Below are positions 27,451-41,010 of a DNA stretch of 64,000 nt, piece by piece. Positions within the stretch are counted from its first letter, which is position 1, and each line of letters opens with the position of its first letter. Location: contig OX597814.1 of NCBI GenBank assembly GCA_951406725.2, positions 179,242,001 to 179,306,000 on the forward strand, written 5' to 3'. The stretch is from Octopus vulgaris. Lineage: Eukaryota. Position numbers and translations under genes: made by a program. The notes beneath the pieces were generated by a model. That model made no database searches. It was not told the origin of the DNA and saw only the letters and a program-made list of their open reading frames with translations.

Positions 27451-28797
27451 AAACCGAGAAGAATCGTAAAGTTTTCCAAAATTGATAAAAGACACTCATG
27501 CGTATGGAAAGCATGTAAGTGATTGAATTGAAATATGGAACTGATTTGTATTTAATTGATTTCAGAAAGATTGGAAGCAAATTCAGCTGATGACCGATTA
27601 AAACTTAGAAGCAAGAAAGCGAATTATAACCCTTTAAGAAATCAGTCTGCTGCTTTACCTGGGCTGCCATATCGAATTCTGATAAGATTTTTTTTTAATT
27701 GACTGACAATGGTTGCATTACAAATCCACGTATGTATGGGGCGCACAGTTGTTTGAATCAACAGCAGAAAAAATAAACTATCAATTTTACTATCATTATG
27801 GAAACTAGTGAAAGGCACATTATTCTTGACAGCAAGAAAATATTTTCAAGAGCAGAAGTAAAGTTTATTTGTAAATAACATCGTTGTTACTATAGCCTGT
27901 TGTGTTGCAGATCATATTTTCTTTCGGGGATATTTGGTTTGAAATTTAAAGACAAGAACAAAAACATTCATGGTGATGTCAGCTGATACTGAAATCTTAT
28001 AAAACAATAAAAAATATCTGAAACAACGATCTGAATAAGTTTTCGCAACTTTCAGAAACTTTACTAACAAAACAAAAAGTAAGAAAATCTTGTATACACA
28101 GTGTATATGGTGAAATATAATAAAAATTAAAGAAAGTAGTAAATCCAAATATAACCACTGATAAAGTATTGTAAACACAACAGAATGTTTATGAACAATG
28201 ATTCTCGGTAAGTGAACTCAGATAAAAAATAAGAAAAATAATACCAGGTCGAGTAAATCCAAAATATATTGATAACAGGATGAACTAGCATATAAATGGA
28301 TTGCTGTCCTCGAACCACAGTCGTGAATCAAATTACAAAACACATCAGAACGATATCTCATATATAAAACCCAAGTTTTATAAAATAAAATCTCAATCAT
28401 AAATGGAGTTTCAGATTTCGGGTTTCGACGTTTCATGAACTTACAATACAATGTCAAAATATCATATTCCGTACCAAATGAAACTTGTACCCACAAGGAT
28501 CATAAAGTAGAACGTTAGCCTTAAGTAAAAATGTACAAAGGTGTATGTCATGACCAGTGACATGTCTATCACACACCTAAGATTTTAGTAAAATTTCCTG
28601 ACAAAATTTATAACTGATGTGGTATTCTTCACTAAGACTATAGAATACCTGTCTCCCCAAGTGGTGGTCTACTATACAGTGACAAAGTAATTCTGCAGTA
28701 TATTTTGCAGCTATGAAAGAAGATGAAAATTTAATTCAAGTAAGATTAACTGGTTAAATTCTCGACCGAATATTTTATGAAACATTAATATATAAAA

Positions 28798-29129
28798 GGC
28801 GCATGGCTCAGTGGTTAGAGTGTCGAGCTTACGATCGTGAGGTTGTGAGTTCGATTCCCAGACCGGGCTGCGTGTTGTGTTCTTGAGTAAGACACTTTAT
28901 TTCACGTTGCTCCAGTTAATTCAGCTGTAGAAATGAGTTATGATGTCACTGGTGCCAAGCTCTATCGGTGTTTGCCATTCCCTTGGATAACATCAGTGGT
29001 GTGGAGAGGGGAGGCTGGTATGCATGGGCGACATCTGGCCTTCCACAAACAACCTTGCCCGGACTTGTGCCTCGGAGGGTAACTTTCTGGGTGCAATGCA
29101 ATGGTCATTCATGGCCGAAGGGGGGCTCC
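28798..29129 (+). mobile_element. tRNA-derived SINE, family C, with 12-bp TSD
   Basis: A-box TGGCTCAGTGG and B-box GTTCGATTCC. TSD TAATATATAAAA at 28786-28797 and 29130-29141. Confidence 0.88.
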
Positions 29130-29199
29130 TAATATATAAAACCAGGAAAACAAATAAGAAAACATACAACCACAGAATGTTTAAAAAATGAATAAAAAA

Positions 29200-29640
29200 T
29201 ATGTAAAACTAACAAGCAATTTTATCCAAGTAAACAAAAGCAATGACAGAAGGATACGCTTGACTGAAATTGGAGGTATAAAGTGGTTAACAGAAATTAT
29301 GTTCAGTGGTTGCGCAAGAACAGATGGCTAGACGCAATGTTGTTAAAGAAAAATAGACACAAAATTCAATGCACAATCCATCGCATATTTGGAAAAGTAC
29401 TCGAACATTTTCAACCATATGTTACGTAAATGTATCAAGCTGGCACAAAGGGAATATAAACGCGATGTAATGGCTTACTTGAGAATATCCGCAAATAGCA
29501 TTAGTTGGAAAAGTATACCGTAAGGCTCGTAAGAATTCTCTCTACAAACCAAGAGCTACAGAGGCACACACAAAAAAAGACATTATCGTAGTGAAAGAAT
29601 GCAAATTGAGTAAGATCATAAATCAGCTTGCTATTCGAAG
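29200..29640 (+). pseudogene. Possible R4/Dong-like LINE remnant (CCHC-RLE region)
   Basis: CIKLAQREYKR near 29430-29463 resembles the C..LA..EY..RH motif. It is heavily decayed. Confidence 0.35.
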
Positions 29641-29649
29641 CACAATATA

Positions 29650-30082
29650 CTCTTTACTCTTTACTCTTTTACTTGTTTCAGCCATTTGACTGCGGCCATG
29701 CTGGAGCACCACCTTTAATCGAGCAACTCGACCCCAGGACTTATTCTTTTGTAAGCCCAGTACTTATTCTATCGGTTTCTTTTTGCCGAACCGCTAAGTA
29801 ACGGGGACATAAACACACCAGCATCGGTTGTCAAACAATGCTAAGGGGACAAACACAGACACACAAACACACACATGCATATATATATATACATATATAT
29901 ATATACATATATATATACATATATATACGACGGGCTTCTTTCAGTTTCCGTCTACCAAATCCACTCACAGGGATTTGGTCGGCCCGATGCTATAGTAGAA
30001 GACACTTGCCCAAGGTGCCACGCAGTGGGACTGAACCCGGAACCATGTGGTTGGTAAACAAGCTACTTACCACACAGCCACA
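29650..30082 (-). mobile_element. SINE family B, full length
   Basis: Reverse complement of the 7036-7413 family, with a (AGAGTAA)n tail at 29650-29672. Confidence 0.9.
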
Positions 30083-31423
30083 TTGAAAATATAACTGAAA
30101 TTGACAGGACAGAGAAAATGCTTGAAACAGAGAGTGCCGTTGCTAGTAAGGATCCCAAATTGGATAAAAACTGGTTGGCTTGACTGGCTTATTTAAATTT
30201 ATCTGGGGTACCAATTGTGGATGCTGTGTCGGTATAACTCTTACTATTGTAATAGAAATAGATTTTCCCTCCAATTCTACAATTACAGTATTAAAATACG
30301 CTGCTTTGTGTGTCATTACTTAATTGATGCTATTAAATCACAATACTTGCATATAATTTTTGTTGTTGTTCAGAACTTCAGATCCTATTTTACAAAGTTA
30401 TGGTGCATAGAGTATCAAGAGCATGATTGGTGCAATCGACTGATGTAGTTCTGTGAAGATACATCTCCGTTTGGCTCATCTTGAAACAGCGTAGCTTGTA
30501 TTTTATATGTTTAACGCAGTAGATGCAGACTTTGAATATAATTACTTTGCGAACTGTATCGCATATAATCCTCAACGCCGATATCAGATCAGTGCAAAAG
30601 CTGTTCTACTTGAACTACTTTATTAGATGAGACTCATCCAATTACTATGCTAAAAGTATTTATTTTTTGTCGTTGCTGCTGTTGCTATTTATGTATGTTC
30701 TTTTAAGTTCTCCCAGACGAGTGGAAGAATTACTTTCGAATGGCCAGTATATTGTTGCAAGTACAACAATATTCGAATGGTCTAACAGTGTTCGACTTTG
30801 TTCTAAATGTTCCTGCGTGTTTAAGAGTAAATGATCATAAAAAAAACAACCGAAATGAACAAGTAGTTTTTCATTTGGAATATTTGGGTTTGCAGGGTAT
30901 AAGTGCTTTGTATAATTTGTGTTCCCATCCATTTATTTCTTCTTTACGTTTAGTATGTTACGGTGCTGTTTTCTTCAGTTCAAAATGACCTCTGTGTCGG
31001 TCTCCGTATAAATGGAAGCCATTTCCAGCTATGAACCATACCATAAAAAAAAACCTAAATTTTAATCCAAAATGAAAATACAATCTTTCATCTGTACTTG
31101 GAAGAGGAGAAATCTCGGAGCAAATTGTGGCACCTGGGAGGAATTCAGCTGTTTATGTTAATTACAAAATGAATAACGATATGAAAATTAGAGAGAAAAG
31201 GAAAAGAACCATTTCTGTACAATTGCTTTAATGACGACGAATGACAGCATATTAGTGTGATATACTACAATACATGTAAAATTTATATAGAACGCAAAAT
31301 GAAACAACACACTGCATTTTATACTCACAACTCAGAAGTTTCATGATGATTATCGCAATATAGGACCAACAACCGAAGCTCGTGGACTCATGAAGACCCA
31401 TATAGACCCACGTAAATTAATTC

Positions 31424-31725
31424 TCTCTTCACTTGTCTTGAGACAGCATTCACCCGGGTGGGTTGAGCTGGCTTCATTCATCCTCAATACTGCATCTCTA
31501 ACAAACTCCGACCAGGCCTAACGACCGCGTGATCACCAACCACTCCTTATTCCAGCGGTGAACGCTGTAGACATGGTTGGGTTCCAGATCAGCCTTGACT
31601 GACATCAGCCAGGTTTTTCGTTGTCCACCACATCGCTTTCGCCAACCCTGAAGGGGTGCTGGGGCAATTGCTTCGTAGATGAATTCTCCTGGTTGACGAC
31701 GGAGGGCATGACCCAGCCAACGCAA
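31424..31725 (-). mobile_element. 5'-truncated RTE-like LINE 3' end with 14-bp TSD
   Basis: LRWLGHALRR..GWRKRCGGQRKTW. TSD ACGTAAATTAATTC at 31410-31423 and 31726-31739. Confidence 0.85.
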
Positions 31726-32686
31726 ACGTAAATTAATTCCACTATCAGTACATACTCTCGCCAATTGCTAGCCTTCAAGGGCATGCAAAGTTCTGGTATA
31801 TACTCTCGTGTTCGACCTTGTTACTTTCATGGTATGTAGTACTTCTGCACTTTCATTACCTTCTACAAATGTAATTTGAAAAAGTCGATGGGGAGTATGC
31901 TATGTTTAGGATTTCTTTTTAATTTACCGTTCTTTATATTTTTATCTAACATAAAAGAACACTGAAATTTGTGAAAATTAAAGTCACAAAAAGATACGAT
32001 AGAAAATTATTGCATTTTGTCATTAAAAGTGGCTTTGCTATTGATTATGTTAAATGAATAATTGTATTGATCGCTTCATAGAGTTTAATAATGCATTTAA
32101 GGATCTTATAACGTAAGCACCTTGAAACAGCAATTGCTGGGATAAAAATAGATGCAATCTTAGCTGAGGTCATGAAATGTCATTTTATCCTCGTGTATTC
32201 CAACTATATGTTAATGTATTTGCATAATTTATAAAACATGTGGGAGTATGTAGCCAACTGTTAAAATGTGCATTGCTGGCAAATAAGTCCAAGGTTAATT
32301 CAGTAAGACATAATAATATAATTTCAATTTTGGGGATTATTGAAGTCACGAATTAAGATTAGAATTAGTATGTTGAAAGTAACGAAATTTCAACAGACAC
32401 CATGCATATTTTTTTTGTTTCGCTTTGTTTTTAAATTATACTATTCTCTATTAATTGTCAGAGTAAACGTGTGTAATACATAGATATAGACACAGACGGA
32501 GACAGCGAGAACCAGGCAGACAGATAGACAAACAGACAGACAGACAGATAGACAGACAGACAGATAGATACATAGATAGACAGACAGATGATATTTCGCT
32601 TGATATGTCCGATGCAACAGGTTCTTAGAGCTTCCTCCCTCCAGAGGCCCGCATTTCAACATAGATTAGAATTCAACACATACTTT

Positions 32687-32749
<63 letters not shown>

Positions 32750-32769
32750 CCCCGGGCTGACCAATAGAG

Positions 32770-32803
<34 letters not shown>

Positions 32804-32811
<8 letters not shown>

Positions 32812-33826
32812 GGAAGTAAATAGACACCTTTAATTTTCTAAATTTCTCAACTAAGCATCTGAATATGTTTTTAGCGGTGTCGAATTTACAATGTAATTAT
32901 TCTGTTTCATTTCTCGGTGCCATTATATTAAACATTTGTGAAGAGTAACCATGCCACACACAAAACATTCTGCAGGGATCGTATTGCTGGGCAATCTGAG
33001 GCTGATCATAGCCAGCGAAAAATTGCCGAAAATCTTCAAATTCCTCTTGCTACTATTTATAGAATTATAGTGCAATTCAAAAGCCAAGGAAAAGAATCAA
33101 CAGATTCTCGTCCCCGCCGACCTGGGCCCTCGGAAAGGAAGTTTCACTGTTTGAAGAGATTTATGGAAAATGAACTCCGTTCGAAGGCTTCTGACATTGC
33201 AAAACAGCTACAAAGTTAGTCCAAGAACGTGGCATAAGCCACGTAAATTAATTCCACTATCAGTATTATGGAGAGCAGCTAGAAGAAAACCAATTAATAT
33301 TATAAAAAGAAAGAAATGGCTAAGGAGATATCAGAAAAATCCAGTTCATTTTGAGATAGAGTGATTTTCTCTATCTCAGATTTGCATTATTTTCAGACAG
33401 TGAACGTGTTTGGGTATGGAGGCTTCCCAATCAAGTATTTCATTTGAAACGACTCTAACTAACTTTAAAACGAGTGAAAATGGGATCAAAAAGGTTCCTT
33501 GGTCGAGCCAATCTCCTGACATGAACCAAACTGAAAATCTTTGGAGCATACTAGATAGAGTTATACGAAAACTCGACAAAAACCTAAATCTAAAGATGAA
33601 TTGTTTCCATTGCTGCGTGAAAAGTGGGGAGTAATTCCACAAGAAACAATCACAAAGCTCATCAGTTCAATGCCAAAAAGAGTTTCTGAATTAAAAACTG
33701 CACAGGGAATGTCAACTAAATACTAAAGTATGTAGTCCTACCTATTGATTATATTTTAATTGTTCACTTTGCGTATTAAATAAAAGATTTTGAAAATTAA
33801 AGGTGTATATTTACTTCCTGCATGTC
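32804..33826 (+). mobile_element. Tc1-family DNA transposon, internally deleted, transposase pseudogene
   Basis: ~32-bp TIRs ATGCAGGAAGTAAATAKACACCTTTAATTTTC (from 32807; reverse ending 33823) with TA at the right end. Protein motifs: [43 protein letters not shown] and SMPKR..GMSTKY* (stop at 33726). Confidence 0.92.
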
Positions 33827-33838
33827 TATGTGTGTGTA

Positions 33839-33902
<64 letters not shown>

Positions 33903-33989
33903 TTATAAAGTATAAATATATATATATATATACATATATATGTATGCATAATATGTACGATATATATGTATATATATATGCATATATGT

Positions 33990-34185
33990 ATGATAGATCG
34001 CTAGCCACTATACCTTTTTCTATTTTCTTTCCCTGTTTATTTTCGTGTTCCTTCATTCTCTCAAAGAGCGTAGGCTCGAAACGTAAAAGACTTTCTCACT
34101 ACCCAAGCGTTAAACTAATACATCTGTTTGTTGTTTACAAACCCATCTTTGTCTTTTGTTGGGTTTTTTTGTAATTTCTCACTGC
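33990..34185 (+). mobile_element. Short PLE-LTR-like insert in a TA/CA tract with degenerate minimal HHR
   Basis: a-gagc(gtag)gctc-GAAA-cg-TA-aaag at 34065-34089. The core is decayed (CTCTCAA). Related to 59325-59530. Confidence 0.55.
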
Positions 34186-34191
34186 ACACAT

Positions 34192-34227
<36 letters not shown>

Positions 34228-34246
34228 GCATACATACATAAATATA

Positions 34247-34286
<40 letters not shown>

Positions 34287-35341
34287 TCCAACACTTTCTC
34301 CCTCTCCTGCACGTGCGTTCTCTCTGCCTTTCTCTCAAAGGCATCTACCGACACAAGGTCGAAATCAATTTCAATTGCATAGACACTGCAACTGTTATGC
34401 CTAATTGTAAAAATAAATTACAAGGCTTCCACTTAAAATTGAAATGTTATTTCAGATTCATATCGCTGCCAGCGTACTTTTCACTCAACTACACTCATCA
34501 GGACGAAAATAAGTAGCAGAAAGCAATTACATCACACTTTAAATTTTAAAAAAAAACATACACGAAGAACTAAAATTAAAAATTTCTTATGGGGCATATA
34601 TGCAAACGAAATATGCTGACGACATACGTTCTTTGACACGCAATAAAAGTAAAGGTCGAGCGTCCCATTACGCTAATAGTTTAATATCAGTTCCAATGCA
34701 AATAGCATGTAACCTATTAGCAATTGCTGACAGATAGATTAAAATTATTCATGCACATGTTCGGCGCCGCAATGTAAAATGTATACATTAAACATTGGTG
34801 TAAACATGCAGATATATAAACACAATCAACAATTGCAACTCTCCCGGACGCTTAAGGTGCCACAAATAAAAGGTACGACGTGTGTTGAAACCTGTTCAGT
34901 CGAATACACCAATTGGCTGTACGATAGATTATACCTATCGAAGTTCAATTCCATTTCCCCGCGATCAGGTCCAACATGATTTTTCACCTGTTTCTGCCAT
35001 TTACCAAAAGGTTCTGGGGGTTTTTTCTCTCCACAAAACTCAGAGCCGCTTTATGAGATAATATACAGATTTATTCACGAACCTCCTAAACTGGCATATT
35101 TGAAACTCATCTCATAAACTGTCATATATTTCAGTCTTGTAGATATGGGCTTGCTCCACTCTGCTTGTCATATGGTATAGTGAGTTCGATCCAAATCACT
35201 TCTCTGGTGATTGCTAGGAGAGTAAAATCTCCGGTCTCATACCACTCTTGTTGATTATGTCAATGCTGGAAAGAACTGCTGTGCACTTCCGGTCATATAC
35301 TCCATCCAGGAAACCCTTGACAGATAGGTAGATATATAGAG

Positions 35342-35482
35342 AATACCAAACGAGTTCCCTATGGATACCGTATTTATTACGAGTGGCTTGTAAACGTATC
35401 TAACGAGCGAAAGCAAGTTAGATACGTTCACAAGCCACGAGTTGTAATAAATACGGTATCCATAGGGAATGAGTTTGGTATT
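35342..35482. repeat. Long imperfect hairpin (~63-bp arms) of a probable non-autonomous DNA element
   Basis: AATACCAAAC..GGATACCGTATTTATTAC..TATCTAAC pairs with GTTAGATA..GTAATAAATACGGTATCC..GTTTGGTATT. Confidence 0.8.
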
Positions 35483-35578
35483 TTATTTATTACACACGAA
35501 TAAACGACCATATTTTATTAACCCAATAACTAAATTATTCACGTTTAGTTGTAACTTATGAATGACAAAAGTAGTGCC

Positions 35579-35682
35579 GTCACCGTGACCTCAGGTCATC
35601 ACCATGGATTGACCAATCAGAAGCAGCGCTGTCACCGTGACCTCGGGTCATCACCATGGATTGACCAATCAGAAGCAGCGCT
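35579..35682 (+). repeat. 52-bp tandem duplication containing a CCAAT motif
   Basis: GTCACCGTGACCTCRGGTCATCACCATGGATTGACCAATCAGAAGCAGCGCT occurs twice with 1 mismatch. Confidence 0.92.
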
Positions 35683-35901
35683 CGTAGTATCTGGCATATG
35701 TTAGATACCAAAAATATCTCAGTGTTCTCACTCACATGTGTGTAATAAATGTATGTATGTATGTATGTATGTATGTATGTATGTATGTATGTATGTATGT
35801 ATGTATGTATGTATGTATATATGTATGTATGTATGTGTGTATGTAGACAGATAAGGAGATAGAGACAGACAGACATATCGATAATTATACACATACGTAC
35901 A

Positions 35902-36278
35902 CTCGCGGCACTCCGTCGGTTACGACGACGAGAGTTCCAGTTGATCTGATCAACCGAACAGCCTGCTTGTGAAATTAACGTGCTGAGCACTCTACAGACA
36001 GGTGTACTCTTAACGTAGTTCTCGGGGGATTCAGCGTGACACAGAGTATGATAAGACTGGCCCTTTGAAATACAGGTACAACAGAAACAGGAAGAAAGAG
36101 TGAGAGAAAGTTGCGGTGAAAAAGTACAGGAGGGGTCGCCAACACCCACTGCCGGAGCTTCTAGGAGCTTTAGGTGTTTTCGCTCCATAAACACTCACAA
36201 CACCTGGTCTGGGAATCAAAACCACGATCCCATGACTGCGTGTCCCTTGCCCTAACCACTGGGCCATTGCACCTCCAC
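35902..36278 (-). mobile_element. tRNA-derived SINE, family D, tail type 3
   Basis: Head GTGGAGGTGCAATGGCCCAGTGGTTAGGGC as at 9564. Probable TSD ACGTACA at 35895-35901 and 36279-36285. Confidence 0.82.
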
Positions 36279-36610
36279 ACGTACATATAGACATAGACGA
36301 GAATTATAGTACTGATGCGCCCTTTCCCTCTACCCTCTCCATCACCCACACTGTCTGTTTCTCACGCGCGCGCGTGGATTTCATTTCGAGAGAATCTTCT
36401 CCAGTACACTTTAGTTACTTACTTTTGTCTCTTATTTGCCATAAAAAATTGATTCCGTCTGAACTAAATTCTGCTGGGAATATGAAATATTTAATATATC
36501 ATTTAGAAGAACTGAAAGAGAAAAAAATGTGTCTATCTGTTTCTGCTCCCTGTCACTAAGTCACTAAGGAAAAGTTATGTATTAATTTGCATTTACATAT
36601 ATATTCCCCG

Positions 36611-36671
<61 letters not shown>

Positions 36672-36679
36672 TGTGTGTA

Positions 36680-36710
<31 letters not shown>

Positions 36711-37204
36711 CTGTTTGTGTGTGTGTCTGTTTGTGTGTGTGTGTAAAGTGTCATGGTGTGTGTGGTGAGATGCTACTGAAACCATACTAATATCAACACG
36801 ATAGGATGTTAGGTTTTCGAAGGAAGAGTTTCGAAGTTTGATAGAATGTTTTCACATGTGTGTCGGTGAGATGGTGGTTGTTCTGTGTCTAGCTGTGGTA
36901 CATGTTGCATGTTCTGTAATACTGTGTTTAATTACATAAGATATATTATTTCAGTCTCGTCATATACCCTTTACGTTAAGCAATCTATTTCCGTACGCCT
37001 GCGGTACCTTAAGAAAACTATTGGATGGCCGGTAATCTAGGCTCGCTTAGAGGAAGTCAGATGTATTCATGATAAAACACATATGCATGTAATATTGCTT
37101 GCCCACTTTGCACTGAATTTTTTACAGTAGTTCTTAATTTTATTTGTCTAAGCATGAAAGTTTATTCGTCTTAGTATGAAATTAATAACCTAGAAAATCG
37201 TCGA

Positions 37205-37290
37205 GGGCCGCATGTGGCTCGAGAATCGCAAGTTGCCCATGCATGGCCGATGATATTTGGTCAGAGGTATGAAAACGTCAGGCCGCAGGA
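37205..37290. mobile_element. Possible hAT/Charlie-type MITE terminal remnants
   Basis: GGGCCGCATGTGGCTCG..GTTGCCCA and CAGAGGT..GGCCGC resemble hAT MITE ends. No TSD was found. Confidence 0.3.
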
Positions 37291-37852
37291 TTTCAAAATT
37301 TCTAGGGATTTATAATATTTCACACCGCCCTTCCTTTCCTGGTACCCGATAGAAGGAGGTTTCAAACAACAATGGAGATTCTATGCATTCTAATAATTAG
37401 TTGGAATCAAGAAAAAATTTAAAGCTTACCCTGTTTAATAACAACTGTTTGAGTGTTATGAACTACTAGTGTCCAGGGATATTAGTTTCCATTATGGAGT
37501 TAGTAAATCTAGTGTTGTTAGTTTTCCACGAAACCCCAAACGCTTGCGTTTGGTGCACTTATACACTTAGGGTGTCGTTTAAGAAAAAACATCATTATTA
37601 CATTTATTTGGTTAATGTAAATGCACCTAATTCTTTCGTCCGTTACTCCATTAAATTTAATGCAACCATTTCCCATAAGAAATATACTAATTATGATTTA
37701 GTTTTCAGGTAAACGTCTTTAGATAATATGTAGTCTTAGTGACTGGTCAGAGTTAGTAAAAAATGTTTTGTCGAGTCAGCCAACATCTTTACATAACTTC
37801 TCAGTTACTATTTTGTGGGATGGTTTGGTGGGATGGTTATACTGGCAATAAT

Positions 37853-38025
37853 CTATTTCGTCTGTCTCTACGTTCTGAGTTCAATTTCCGCCGAGGTCGA
37901 CTTTGCCTTTCATGCTTTCGGGGTCGATACATTAAGTACCAGTTGCGTACTGGAGTCGATCAAATCGACTGGCTCCCTCCCCCAAAATTTCGAGCCTTGC
38001 GCCTTGAGTAGAAAACAATAATTTT
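37853..38025 (+). mobile_element. SINE family A, 5'-truncated
   Basis: TATTTCGTCTG..GAGTTCAATTTCCGCCGAGGTCGACTTTGCCTTTCAT..TAAGTACCAG. Confidence 0.85.
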
Positions 38026-39152
38026 CATTATAGGCACTTACAACTCCTTCCGGCAGCCGTTTGCATCGACCTCATAGTTCAGACTGTTACAAACAACAAT
38101 GAGAAGATGATAAAATCAGTGATATTTTAATTCAAAAGAGATATGTATTTTTTTTTTCTGTTCAAGAATCACACTTATCCCGAAATTCCGACTGTTTTCA
38201 CGTTCATTCAAGTGAGATGGTGAAAGTTATATTTTGCTCTATTTGGTTTTAAGGATTTATCTCTGCTCATCGCGATTTGAAAGCCCCGCTTCTCAGGCTG
38301 CCAGATATGAAAGATGCATCAAATCTCCGACTGATAATTTATCCGTACCCAAAAGACGAAAAGTAATGTCACACTTGGTACCAATTCACTTCAAAACGCA
38401 AACAGCCTTACTTTTTCCCGGTCGTACTCCCAGCACTGTAACATCTCTCCAGTTAAACGCATTGGACATATTACTATGATGTAAACAATTTACTTAAACG
38501 AATTAGCAATATCCCTATACCATTGTCATTATATTTAACATAGTAGCCTATCTAATTACATAAAAATATTAGAATATTTACAAGGTTATTTTGTCACTAA
38601 AAACCATCAGAGTGCTGCAGTTACATTATTTTAAGAACTTCAGAAGTACAAACATCTAAGCAGACATAGTGAGACTTGAACTTATTACATTAACAAAAGA
38701 ATTTAGACGGCAAATTTCCTGAGCCACCTCAATATTTATATTCGTCGCGATAAAAGGTGAAAAATTAACGTGATATATGCATTCTATTTAGATTAAATAC
38801 TCCAAAAATAGTTAATTATAATCTATTTCACAGGAAGATAAGTTTAAAATAAAAGAATATAATACTAACTATAAGCACAGATTTCCTATTTATTTCTTAA
38901 AATTATTACCTTGTGTTCACTGGATATTATTCAATATAATTTTTCTTATATTTCTAATATGAGTGCACGAAATATTAAAAAATGTATCTCATAACTAAAT
39001 TAGCAAATAATGCAACGGAAAGAAAACACAAATTGTGAAATTGCTTCTAAAAAAGAAAGCATTACTAACAAAAGTATGATACATAAATAGAAATACAAAT
39101 TTTAAAAGAAGAGAAGCATATTATATAAAAGGAACATTTGTAAATTACATGA

Positions 39153-39183
<31 letters not shown>

Positions 39184-39362
39184 GCAATAACTAAGTACAG
39201 AGAAATGAATGTGGAAACTGAACGTTAAAAAGAAATTATATGAGAAAAATTGTATAGTTATGATATTGTAATTATTTTAATATTTTATGTTTTAAGTTTC
39301 CATCAAAGTATATAATTCATATCACGGAAGTAAAACATAAACTCACACGCACATATATATAT

Positions 39363-39409
<47 letters not shown>

Positions 39410-39451
39410 TCTGTGTTTATATGTATGCACACATATACACACACATATATG

Positions 39452-39484
<33 letters not shown>

Positions 39485-39693
39485 TTATATACATACATAT
39501 ATATGTATGTATATATGTGTGTATGTATACGTATGTATGTCTTTAAATATAGTCTATAATTACAGATAATTCACAAAGAATTTCTAGATTACAAAACGCA
39601 ATGCGTAAATGTAGTGATTCTTTCCTATAGAGGCTCACAGATACCAATGTGCTGATATTAGCATTTATATATCTAAGGCAGACAAACAGATGT

Positions 39694-39779
<86 letters not shown>

Positions 39780-40034
39780 GGGTAGATAGATAGATAGATG
39801 GGTAGACAGACGGATAGACAGACAGACAGACAGACAGACAGAGAAAGATTCATATATGCAAAACATATCCTTGGAGATGAGTGGCGAACACTGCATTGGG
39901 CATTGTTGGATGGATAAATCATTTCCTTAAACAGTAGAATGCTACAAAACTTATAGCAATTCTTTTATTTGAATGTATTTGCAATTAAAAGTTCCTGGTT
40001 TTACTGGTATCGCGAAGGGTCTGGTTGGAGGCCC

Positions 40035-40183
40035 AGTCTTCCGAGATCTTTTACAGGGTGTATAAAAACTGATGGACTGCTGCTTAAATGTGTGAATCTG
40101 AGAGGTTATTATGTTGAATAAAATCATGATTAATTTATCCTACTGTTTTACCCAAAATCAAGTACCTTTCAGCACCCCCTCGT
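40035..40183 (+). mobile_element. mariner-type transposon 3' end fragment
   Basis: Decayed ..KCVNLRGYYVE* C-terminus, followed by a TIR-like end CAGCACCCCCTCG-TA. Confidence 0.65.
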
Positions 40184-40351
40184 AGTTAGTATTATTCACT
40201 AAACATATTTTAGAGTTGCTACAAATCTGCAATGTACGACTGAATTATAGTGAAATATTTGCACAACACGAGTGGTATCGTTTGTCATTACTCTACAATT
40301 CAAAGGAATAGATACAGCATAAACACATAGAATGCTTATTATTGTTTACTA

Positions 40352-40782
40352 GGATCTTTTCGCTTTGAACGGAAGTTTCTTCTAGCGGTGTCATATGAAA
40401 TTGTCACCCATAATTATGACCCTAGTATCGATCTATTGCATTTCAATCTGTTTTAGAGTTAGGGTTAAAGTTAGGGTTAGGGTTAGGGGTAGGAGGAAGG
40501 GCATTTTTTTCTTCAGAAATGTAAATAAACCCAATCTGTTTCTTAAACGAGGGATATTTTCATACGGCACAGAATGTTTTCACCTCAATAGACGTCATTG
40601 ATTGGTTGAAATTGCAGAAATTGAAGAAAAACAACAAATATCTTACAAACTATAGAATTTTCTCAATTAAGCCAAGAGAAAAAGATGTTTTATAAACACA
40701 TTCTACCAGTATACGAAGTTTAAAAGTGTTTAGTTACGTGGATATTATTTTAAAAAAACTGCCGGTCAAACCGAAAAGATCC
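40352..40782. mobile_element. MITE with ~27-bp TIRs and 8-bp TSD (Merlin-like), internal (TTAGGG)n
   Basis: TIRs GGATCTTTTCGSTTTGAMCGGMAGTTT. TSD GTTTACTA at 40344-40351 and 40783-40790. TTAGGG repeats at ~40453-40490. Confidence 0.9.
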
Positions 40783-40794
40783 GTTTACTAAAAT

Positions 40795-41010
40795 ATATTC
40801 GGTCTCCAAAATAGAATCTCAAACATTTCGGTATATGCTCACATTCTTGCTCAAAGTCTCACCTCAAATCTTCCACTGTTGTCGGTTTAGTAACGTACTC
40901 CTATCTTTAAAGCATCCCCATAAACCTCTAGGGTAGTGACGTCCCCTGATTATTGTGAAAGCGCAGAGTGCTCTACCGAGCCTCTTCGTCTAAACGTTTG
41001 GGTAAATCAC
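40795..41010 (-). pseudogene. Tc1/mariner-superfamily transposase C-terminal remnant
   Basis: Minus strand, with frameshifts, gives WG..KDR.YVTKPTTVEDLR. Confidence 0.45.

Noticed and set aside
28798-28870. tRNA gene
   Set aside because: The A and B boxes belong to a SINE head. There is no acceptor stem, the body is ~330 bp and it has a TSD.
40453-40490. True telomere or chromosome fusion site
   Set aside because: Short, single orientation and internal to a TIR/TSD-bounded MITE.
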